Shown here piece by piece: positions 1-7,563 of a DNA stretch of 64,000 bases. The position numbers and the translations under genes were made by a program. Below the pieces are notes generated by a model that was given only the letters and a program-made list of their open reading frames with translations, ran no database searches and was not told the origin of the DNA. This DNA comes from Parcubacteria group bacterium Gr01-1014_31 (lineage in GTDB: Bacteria > Patescibacteriota > Patescibacteriia > Buchananbacterales > GWA2-38-13). The stretch spans positions 142,554-206,553 of the forward strand of contig VMFR01000001.1 of the NCBI GenBank assembly GCA_007376135.1. The letters run 5' to 3'. Each line of letters starts with the position of its first letter. Position 1 is the first letter of the stretch.

Positions 1-216
1 GTCGCACGCCGTCACGCGCCGGGGAAAATCGGTCTGGGAAGTGCTCCTGCGGGCAGCTATTCGTCCCGCGGACTCGCATTTCCCGCCCGCACCGCTCTCC
101 CCGGCCGGAGTACCGTGGGCGCAACTGCTGTCAGAGGTTCCGTCGTCGTGGGTCGTCGATGTGGACCCCGAGGAGATCTGATGCGCCGAATTGTCCACAC
201 CCGGGTCATACCGCCA

Positions 217-245
217 TTGACGTACCCCGCATTTGCGTCTATACT
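217..245 (+). promoter_or_regulatory. sigma70-like promoter TTGACG-17-TATACT
   Basis: -35 TTGACG (217-222), 17-nt spacer, -10 TATACT (240-245). A GC hairpin CCCCTGCCCGGGGG followed by TTTT lies about 25 nt downstream. Confidence 0.35.
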
Positions 246-346
246 AGGACATCAGCCGTAGCTTGCAGTCCCCTGCCCGGGGGATTTTCGTTTCCCGCGG
301 GCGTCGTTTCGGCAATTGGTGCGGCGGTAAGTGGTCAATTGACAAT

Positions 347-496
347 ATGCCGCAGGGAAATTCTAAGCGGTCCTCTATCAGTCGGCTCAAAACCTACGTC
401 GCATTGCAACTCCAGGCATACTACAGCGGCGACTGGGAGGTGTACGACCGGCTGGAGCAGAAGATCCGCAGTCTCGAGGAAAAAATAATCCAGTAG
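347..496 (+). CDS. hypothetical small protein (49 aa, basic N-terminus, coiled-coil-like C-terminus)
   Basis: ATG at 347 within ORF 263..496, downstream of the promoter at 217-245. No convincing RBS and no recognisable family. Confidence 0.15.
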   Translation: MPQGNSKRSSISRLKTYVALQLQAYYSGDWEVYDRLEQKIRSLEEKIIQ

Positions 497-588
497 GCGG
501 ACGTTCGTAGCGCCGGTATCCTTTACTTGATCCAGCGGCAAATGAGGTTGGCTTCCAGCGTATCATATAGTATCGTATACGTATCTCT

Positions 589-1089
589 ATGGCAGCAATT
601 CCCCTGCGGTATTATCCGGCCAAGGTGCTGCGAACCGTTGCCGCACCGGTGAAGGCTTCGCGGGCTGCTGAGTTCCGGCAGCTCTTTTTCGACATGGCAG
701 AAACGATGGCCGGTGCTAACGGCATCGGACTGGCGGCCCCGCAGGTTGGCACGTTGAAGCGCGTAATCGTCGTGAGCACCAGCGATGGGCCACTGGGGCT
801 GCTCAACCCGGAAATTGCGGACGCTTCCACTCGGTGGGATTCCGGCGAGGAAGGTTGTTTGAGCATTCCCGGGGTGTTCGGACTGGTCAAGCGCGCACAT
901 CAGGTCAAGATCAAGGCGCTCTCCATTGACGGAGAACCTTTGGATTTTTCGGCCTCAGGGCTGTTCGCCCGCGTGTTGCAGCATGAGATCGACCATTTGA
1001 ACGGCATTCTCTTTATTGACCGGATGCATAAATTAACCAGCGGCGCGGACCGTTTGCGCGAGCTGTGGCGGGCCGGCACGGCCTTGTAG
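589..1089 (+). CDS. def: peptide deformylase
   Basis: Carries the three PDF motifs: GIGLAAPQVG, EGCLSIPG and QHEIDHLNG. Confidence 0.95.
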   Translation: MAAIPLRYYPAKVLRTVAAPVKASRAAEFRQLFFDMAETMAGANGIGLAAPQVGTLKRVIVVSTSDGPLGLLNPEIADASTRWDSGEEGCLSIPGVFGLVKRAHQVKIKALSIDGEPLDFSASGLFARVLQHEIDHLNGILFIDRMHKLTSGADRLRELWRAGTAL

Positions 1090-1090
1090 C

Positions 1091-2083
1091 ATGGATATAC
1101 CGCGAACAAAGCTGGTTTTTTTTGGCACACCGGCGTTCGCGGCGGGCACTCTTGAGGCGCTGGTCGGCGCTGGCTATCCGGTGGTGGCGGTGGTTACCGC
1201 CCCTGACCGCCCCCGTGGCAGAAGTGGGGCACCAGTCGCCCCGCCGGTGAAGTTGGCGGCCGAGCGTCTCGGCATCCCCGTACTGCAGCCTGGCAAACTG
1301 TCGACGCTGCCGGATCTCGTGCGTCCTCAGGAACCCTTGCTGGGGGTTCTTTTCGCCTACGGCCGGATCCTGCCGCCGCAGGTGCTCCAGATGTTCCCGC
1401 ACGGTATCCTCAATATTCACCCATCGCTTTTGCCTCGCCACCGCGGCCCGGCCCCGGTCGTGGGGGCGATCTTGGATGGGTCCGCGACGACCGGGGTCAC
1501 CATCATGATCCTGGATGACCAGATGGACCACGGGCCCATCCTTGGGCAGCAGCGCGTGACCATTGCACCCGAGGAAACGGCACAACAGCTGACGTCCCGA
1601 TTGGCTGAAGTTGGGACCACGCTGCTGCTCTCGCTGCTTCCCCGGTATGTGTCCGGCGCACTGCACCCGCACCCGCAACCCGCTGCCGGCGCGACCGTGA
1701 CGCGTGAATTGCGCCGGGAAGATGGAGCGATCGTCTGGGAACGAAGCGCCCGCGATTTATACAACCAGTACCGGGCGTGTGATCCGTGGCCCGGTTTTTA
1801 TACGTGGCTGGGCAGCCGCCGGTTGAAACTTTTAGACGTCGGACTTGACGATGCGGTATCGCCGGTCCGAAAGCCGGGGATTCTCCAGGCAGCAGACGGG
1901 AAAGTGGTTATTTCTGCCGCTGCAGGGGCTTTGGTCATCGGCCGTTTGCAACTTGAGGGTGGGGTACCGATCGAGGCGTCCGCATGGCTCCGCGGCCATC
2001 CTGACGCGCGAGGAGCGCGGCTGCGCACGCCCCAACCACCAGCACCCACCCGATCCCCAGCGGATGATTCAGGTACGGCGTGA
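1091..2083 (+). CDS. fmt: methionyl-tRNA formyltransferase
   Basis: Formyltransferase N-domain (LVFFGTPAFA, NIHPSLLPRHRGPAPV) and the Fmt C-terminal domain. Sits directly after def, the canonical def-fmt pair. Confidence 0.9.
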   Translation: MDIPRTKLVFFGTPAFAAGTLEALVGAGYPVVAVVTAPDRPRGRSGAPVAPPVKLAAERLGIPVLQPGKLSTLPDLVRPQEPLLGVLFAYGRILPPQVLQMFPHGILNIHPSLLPRHRGPAPVVGAILDGSATTGVTIMILDDQMDHGPILGQQRVTIAPEETAQQLTSRLAEVGTTLLLSLLPRYVSGALHPHPQPAAGATVTRELRREDGAIVWERSARDLYNQYRACDPWPGFYTWLGSRRLKLLDVGLDDAVSPVRKPGILQAADGKVVISAAAGALVIGRLQLEGGVPIEASAWLRGHPDARGARLRTPQPPAPTRSPADDSGTA

Positions 2084-3443
2084 AAATATTGGCGACGGCG
2101 ACGGCTGCCAGCGCCATCGCAAAGCTTTCTGAGATCCCGGCTATGCCGGGATCTCTTTTGCGGGCCAGGAAAGGTGTGAGTATCAGGGTCGTCAGCCATG
2201 CCGCGTAGATCAGAGCTCCGAGCATCCCCAGTTTAAGCGCGATATCAAGGTACCCCCACTCGAAGGCGAACGTCGTATACCACCCATCGGGCTGTTGGCG
2301 GAGAATGCGGGGGTCCTGCGTGCGGTAGGAAACGGTTCGGCCAAAACCGCTGCCCAGCAGCGGGTGTTGCCCAATGGCTGCGGTCAGGGGTGCCAGTTGG
2401 CTGCGCCGTGTCGACGCCGCTGGTTCCCGCTCTAGTCCGGAGATGCGCTGCAGCAGCACGCCGCTGCCGTAGTTGCCAGAAACCAGTGCAACCAGAGACT
2501 GCTGGGTGAATACGACAAAGGCGAGCAGGAACAAGATCAGCAGGGCGCGCCAACGCAAGGCGTAGTGGAAAGCAGCTACGGCGAGCACCAAGAGGGAACC
2601 GACCGCCGCGGCCACCCAGAAGCTGCGTGATTGACTCACCACGATCGTCGCTGCAGCAGTGTACCAAACCACGCCAGCCGTGATCGTATCGGTAATGCCG
2701 GCAAAAGCACGGCGGCACAGCAAGGCTAAGAAAACCATTGCGCCGGCCAGCGCGTAGAGGTGCGATTGGAAAAAAACTCTGACGAGCGTTCCGCTGACGG
2801 GTGTGATCTCGCCCATGCCGCTGTCGCGGATGAGCTGGTACCAGGGGCCAAGGATTGACGCGGGCAGGTGCCCGAATGCCCAGAGTGTCAGCAATGTCGC
2901 CGTGCCGAGGACCAGCGTTCCGGCCGCCAGCAGCTGCAATACCCGGTGGAAGTCTTTTGGCGTTGCCAGCGCTTTAATGACCGCCGGCAGCAGAAAAAAA
3001 TATAACCATGCGTTGGCGTCCAAAAAAACGTTATTGAACGGGTGATGGATCAGCCCGTTCAGTGCGGCGTACCCGGCGGCGACCGCCAGGAGCGCCGCCA
3101 GCCGATCCCGGATCCCACGAGGGGGTAAAATGCCCTTGCGTTCCCGTGCCCGGCGGGCGAACCATACCGCCATGACGATGATGAAGATGATCATGCGCAG
3201 CGGCAGGCGGTCGCTCCCGAGCGGTACACTGAACCAATACCCTTTGCCCGCGAGCAGCAGATCAGCGAACGCCGCATAGACTCCCCAGCGCAGGTCCCGC
3301 AGCGTCGCGATCAGTACGAGTGCAGCGATGGCCAGTGTGGCTAGTGTATGGAGTCCCGGGCGGAAAAAAGTGGCCGCAAATAATATCAGGGCCCCAAAGG
3401 AGCCCGTTAACGACCAGCCGAAGAATTTATCAACGAGACGCAT
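1935..3443 (-). CDS. O-antigen ligase/polymerase family membrane protein (Wzy_C-like)
   Basis: About 12 TM helices and the Wzy_C-type motifs SQSRSFWVAAAVG and HPLLGSGFG. Start moved to the internal ATG at 3443 (MRLVDKFFGW), which abuts the stop of the upstream GT2 gene. Confidence 0.6.
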   Translation of the reverse strand: MRLVDKFFGWSLTGSFGALILFAATFFRPGLHTLATLAIAALVLIATLRDLRWGVYAAFADLLLAGKGYWFSVPLGSDRLPLRMIIFIIVMAVWFARRARERKGILPPRGIRDRLAALLAVAAGYAALNGLIHHPFNNVFLDANAWLYFFLLPAVIKALATPKDFHRVLQLLAAGTLVLGTATLLTLWAFGHLPASILGPWYQLIRDSGMGEITPVSGTLVRVFFQSHLYALAGAMVFLALLCRRAFAGITDTITAGVVWYTAAATIVVSQSRSFWVAAAVGSLLVLAVAAFHYALRWRALLILFLLAFVVFTQQSLVALVSGNYGSGVLLQRISGLEREPAASTRRSQLAPLTAAIGQHPLLGSGFGRTVSYRTQDPRILRQQPDGWYTTFAFEWGYLDIALKLGMLGALIYAAWLTTLILTPFLARKRDPGIAGISESFAMALAAVAVANIFTPYLNHPLGIGWVLVVGACAAALLARQDGRGAMRTPRSVPHPQVANGR

Positions 3444-3448
3444 ATGTG

Positions 3449-4324
3449 CTAGCGTCGTTGACCCGGGTGCAATATTTGGCTGACCCCTGCTAAAAGCAGG
3501 CTGAGCGGGAAAAGAGCCACGGCACATCCTGCCGCAAGTATTCCGTGGTGTTTCCGCAGATAGCGCACCAGGGAACGGTTGAATATCCATTGCCGTCGCA
3601 CCGATCGGATCTGCCCGAAACTCTGCCCTCCATGGTGGTTGACGCCGGCTTTGGCGCAGTACCATACCGGCAGCCCCTGGTCGTGTGCGCGCTTGCACCA
3701 GTCCACTTCCTCGAACCAAACGTGGAAATGCCCGTCCATTGGTCCAAGTTGCTGGAACGCCTTGCGGGTGATGAGAAAACAGGACCCGGCGACCTGCGGC
3801 GCTGGCTGGGTGGCCGAGTAGTCGAAATCCGCGGCGAAATAACGGGTGAACGTCGGCAGGCGCGGCAGCACGTGGTGGATCTTTGCCAGCAAAAGCAGCA
3901 GCGCCGGAACGGTCGGCAGTCCGCGAACGGATGGTTGTGGTCTGCCATCCAAGTGGTAATGCCGGGCGCCGACGATCGCAGCGCCGTGTTCACCAGCGCA
4001 ATCAACGAGAGTCGAAATGGCGAGCGGTTTCAACACCGTATCCGGGTTCAGGAGCAGCAGGTAGTCGCCGCGCGCTTGCTCGAACGCCAAATTATTGGCC
4101 CTGGCAAAACCCAGATTGTCGCCGGCAGCGATGACCCGCAGGTCAGTGATCTCGGAACGCAGGCGGTTGGCTATTTGCAAACTGCCATCTCCCGACGCAT
4201 TATCGACCACGATGATCTGGTCGCGGCAGTGTCCCAGCGCGCCGTTGATCGAGCGCAAACAGGCCTCCAGCACGCCGGCGCTGTTCCAGCTGACAATGAC
4301 GATGGTGACCAGCGGCCGTTCCAT
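3449..4324 (-). CDS. glycosyltransferase family 2
   Basis: N-terminal GT-A motif VTIVIVSWNSAGVLEACL...VVDNASGDGS. Start placed at MERPLVTIV. Confidence 0.8.
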   Translation of the reverse strand: MERPLVTIVIVSWNSAGVLEACLRSINGALGHCRDQIIVVDNASGDGSLQIANRLRSEITDLRVIAAGDNLGFARANNLAFEQARGDYLLLLNPDTVLKPLAISTLVDCAGEHGAAIVGARHYHLDGRPQPSVRGLPTVPALLLLLAKIHHVLPRLPTFTRYFAADFDYSATQPAPQVAGSCFLITRKAFQQLGPMDGHFHVWFEEVDWCKRAHDQGLPVWYCAKAGVNHHGGQSFGQIRSVRRQWIFNRSLVRYLRKHHGILAAGCAVALFPLSLLLAGVSQILHPGQRR

Positions 4325-4328
4325 AAGA

Positions 4329-5012
4329 CTAGACCGGAAAATCGTGCTTGCAGGCGATGATCTTTCGCGCCGTGCGATAGCGGCGGACTTCCGGAAGCCA
4401 CGGTAGCCACCGGTAGGCAAAACGTGGCAGCCAGACGCTCATGGTGCCGCCGGGACGGACCCGGAAGAGCGCTTCATCGATCCACACACCGATCTTGCCG
4501 CGTCCCGAAAGGGTGAGAAAGAGGTCCCAATCCTGAAAACGCCTCAGCGTTTCATCAAACCCGGGAAAATCGGCTCGTCGCAAGAGCGACGTCGTATGAA
4601 TGTAGGGTTCCTGGCGCAGGCGAGCAGGATCATATGGCCAAAGACGGAACAATTTATGGCCGAAAAAGAACGAAGAATACGCAAAGGCAGCGGATGGTGA
4701 AGCCGCGAGAGTTTGGTAAAAGGTTTCGATTGCGTTGGATTTAAGTTTTATATCAGCGTCGCAAAACAGAATATAGGGCGCACTCCCCTCCCATGCTCCC
4801 CTATTTCTAGCGGTTGACGCTCCTCTATTCTCCTGCCGGACTATTCGTATCGGCAGTCCAACGCCAATCGACGCATCAAGCGGAATCGACGAACCATCGT
4901 CAACGATGATGACTGAAAAATCGCCGAACGTTTGCTGACGCAGGCTTTGCAGGCACTCCGCGAGATCCTTGGCCTGGTCAAAAACCGGGATAATGACATC
5001 GATCTGCGGCAT
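4329..5012 (-). CDS. glycosyltransferase family 2
   Basis: IDVIIPVFDQAKDLAECLQSLRQQT...IIVDDGSS GT-A fold motifs. Confidence 0.8.
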   Translation of the reverse strand: MPQIDVIIPVFDQAKDLAECLQSLRQQTFGDFSVIIVDDGSSIPLDASIGVGLPIRIVRQENRGASTARNRGAWEGSAPYILFCDADIKLKSNAIETFYQTLAASPSAAFAYSSFFFGHKLFRLWPYDPARLRQEPYIHTTSLLRRADFPGFDETLRRFQDWDLFLTLSGRGKIGVWIDEALFRVRPGGTMSVWLPRFAYRWLPWLPEVRRYRTARKIIACKHDFPV

Positions 5013-5014
5013 GG

Positions 5015-6142
5015 TTACGAAAATATCTCACGAAATTGCGCCGTGCGGCTTTCCCACTGGAATTTTCGAGATACCAGGTCCTGGCCCTGGGTGCCGATGC
5101 GGTGGGCGAATGACGGGTCGCTCAGGTAGCGATGCAACGCCCGCGCCAACGCGTCAACATCATTCGGCGGAACGAGAACCCCGCTCACGTTGTGAATTAC
5201 GGCTTCCCGCACCCCTGGAATATCGCTGCCGATGACCGGCTTGCCGAAACTCGCCGCTTCCAGGTACACCATGCCAAAGCCCTCGCGATCGCCGTCCAGG
5301 TCAGCGAGGGGAGTAGAGACGACGAGATCGCACGCTTCATACCAAGCGGAAAGCTCTTGGTCGTCGACCTGCCCGGTAAAAACGACTCGGGGCGTTAGCT
5401 TCCGACGCTTGACTTCGCGTTCCAGCACCCCGCGTTCCGGACCGTCGCCAACAATGGCGTAACGTAGCGCCGGAATGACCGAAAAACGCTGGAGTAGCTC
5501 AAGCATTACCCGGTGATTCTTTCTCGGTACAATGCGCCCGACGGTAATTGCCAACTTGGCGTTGACGAGCCCGTAGCGCTGGCGTAATCGGTCGACGACG
5601 GTCTGGGGAACGCGATGCGGCGCAGACACACCCGGGGTAATGACTGATATCTGTTCCTTCGCCAGCCGGTAACGGGTTCGCGCGAACTCTTGCGTCGCGT
5701 GACTGTTGGCAACGATACGCTGTGCACCCCGGAGGATGCGCCCGGCGAGCCAACGGCGCCTTCCCCGAGGGATTGCAATGTCCATCCCATGAATACTCAC
5801 GACATAGGGTATCCTTTCTCGGCGCTGCAGGAGCCACGCCACCGTACCGTAGGGCAATACCTGTCCGACCCACAGCACCTCGGGTCGGACCGTCGGCATC
5901 AGATTTTTCAGTGTTTGCAGTGTTTTTTTCCAGCGCGGCCATTGCAACGTGCCCGTGGAAAGTAGCGGCTGACGAATGATGCGGTAACGTTGCTCGCGGT
6001 CGAACTCCGGAGCGTTCACCTGGGGTATGGTCAACACGGTCAGGGCATCCGCCGGAAGCCGGCGGCAAATCTCCCGGTAATACGAAGCGACGCCGCCGAC
6101 AGCGGGCGCAAAATCGTCCGAGATGAGGAGCGTACGTTTCAT
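5015..6142 (-). CDS. glycosyltransferase family 4 (GT-B)
   Basis: C-terminal EGFGMVYLEAASFGKPVIGSDIPGVREAV motif. Start at MKRTLLISDDFAP; its ATG overlaps the TGA of the flippase gene as ATGA. Confidence 0.8.
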   Translation of the reverse strand: MKRTLLISDDFAPAVGGVASYYREICRRLPADALTVLTIPQVNAPEFDREQRYRIIRQPLLSTGTLQWPRWKKTLQTLKNLMPTVRPEVLWVGQVLPYGTVAWLLQRRERIPYVVSIHGMDIAIPRGRRRWLAGRILRGAQRIVANSHATQEFARTRYRLAKEQISVITPGVSAPHRVPQTVVDRLRQRYGLVNAKLAITVGRIVPRKNHRVMLELLQRFSVIPALRYAIVGDGPERGVLEREVKRRKLTPRVVFTGQVDDQELSAWYEACDLVVSTPLADLDGDREGFGMVYLEAASFGKPVIGSDIPGVREAVIHNVSGVLVPPNDVDALARALHRYLSDPSFAHRIGTQGQDLVSRKFQWESRTAQFREIFS

Positions 6143-7560
6143 GTGCTGGCAGGTAGAGGACGCGGCAGGCGCCAAACCCGTAACAATGCGCAAATCCCCA
6201 GGTACGCCAGCCCGCCAAGTGTGGCGGTCGCAAAGACGCCAAAACGGACGCGCAACATGCCGATCGTCATAAGCATTCCGGCAGAAGCAACGATGATCTT
6301 GGCGGCGAGCGGCAAAAAGTCCTGCCATCGCACGTTCAGCACCTGACGCACGGCATACCAGTCCAGGCCCAAAAGCACCACGTTGGTCGCCGTGAACACT
6401 GCGGCGGATGCAAAATACCCGAACTGCGGTATCAGCATGATATTCCCGATCACCGCCAGCCCCATCACGATACCTCGATTTAAGGTCGTTTTCGCTTGCC
6501 GGTCGGTGGCGTTCAGCAGGTAACCGGAGGGGAAGGCCAGGAACATGAACGGCAGCGCGGCGGCCATCACGGCGAACGCCGGTGCAACTTCGCGGTACGA
6601 CGGCCATACCCGGTCGAGAATATCGGGCGCGAGTTTTGCCAGTCCCACCGCCATGGGAATACTGAGAATCGCCAGGTAGGCGCAGGCGCGGGTGAAGAGC
6701 TGCAACAAGCGCGGACCGCCGGCCCGGTACGCCTGGGCGAATACCGGGAACAGTACAGCGGCAAAGGTTGCTGGGATAACCTGCTGCAGCGATGTCACCA
6801 CCTTTGCGGGTATGGCGTAGTTCGCCACCGCCTCACTATCAGACAGATAGCCCAGCAGCACCGTGTCAACGACGTTATAGATCTTCACGAACAGTAATGA
6901 CAGCGCGAATGCAGGCACAAGTCGCAGCAGGGTGGCAACCGTGACCATATCCAACGATGGCAGCAGACGGAAGCCAAGAACCCGCCGTAACAAGACCAGC
7001 GCCAGCAAAAAATTCACCAAACTCGCGGCAACCAGCGTAAAGACAAGATGCAGGGTCGAGTGCGACGTTTGCACGACGATCGCGCCTCCGGCCAAAATGA
7101 CCAACTGCACCAGAACGGTCGCGATACTCTCGTAGCGAAAATTCCGCGCAGCTTTGAAGATACCCCAGAAACTCAGCGTGAAGGCGTCCAAAAAAACGAT
7201 ACCCAGCGCTGCGTACACCAAATACCGCACTTCCGGCGGACGTCCGGAAAGGCTGATTATGCCAGCTGCAACGGCGACGGTCAGCACGCTCAGCACGAGC
7301 TTCATGCTGACAATGGCGCGCAGGTACCGATTCCCCTCCTCCGGATGGCGCGCCGCTTCGCGGATCAGCACGGGCGTGATGCCCAGGTCAGTGGCGCTGC
7401 CGAACAGCGTGGCGAACGACAGGGCGAACAAATACGCTCCCAGGTCGGTTTTTGGAAGGTTTGCCGTCAGGTACCAAAAGTAGCCGAACGAGAGGATTTT
7501 CTGAACGACCGACGCGCCGGTCAGGAGTAATGTGTTGCTAGAGACGCTCAATGAGCGCAT
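6139..7560 (-). CDS. polysaccharide flippase (Wzx/MOP superfamily)
   Basis: A 473-aa protein with about 12-14 TM helices and a Wzx-like N-terminus (SNTLLLTGASVVQKILSFGYFWYLTANL). Confidence 0.75.
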   Translation of the reverse strand: MRSLSVSSNTLLLTGASVVQKILSFGYFWYLTANLPKTDLGAYLFALSFATLFGSATDLGITPVLIREAARHPEEGNRYLRAIVSMKLVLSVLTVAVAAGIISLSGRPPEVRYLVYAALGIVFLDAFTLSFWGIFKAARNFRYESIATVLVQLVILAGGAIVVQTSHSTLHLVFTLVAASLVNFLLALVLLRRVLGFRLLPSLDMVTVATLLRLVPAFALSLLFVKIYNVVDTVLLGYLSDSEAVANYAIPAKVVTSLQQVIPATFAAVLFPVFAQAYRAGGPRLLQLFTRACAYLAILSIPMAVGLAKLAPDILDRVWPSYREVAPAFAVMAAALPFMFLAFPSGYLLNATDRQAKTTLNRGIVMGLAVIGNIMLIPQFGYFASAAVFTATNVVLLGLDWYAVRQVLNVRWQDFLPLAAKIIVASAGMLMTIGMLRVRFGVFATATLGGLAYLGICALLRVWRLPRPLPAST

Positions 7561-7563
7561 ACC

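Noticed and set aside
159-541. ORFs 159..488 (+) and 335..541 (-) at the window start
   Set aside because: No recognisable domains and mutually overlapping; only the short 347..496 ORF is kept as a low-confidence candidate.
1013-1678. 221-aa ORF antisense to fmt
   Set aside because: Arg/Pro/Gly-rich translation typical of out-of-frame ORFs in high-GC DNA, and fully overlapped by a well-supported gene.
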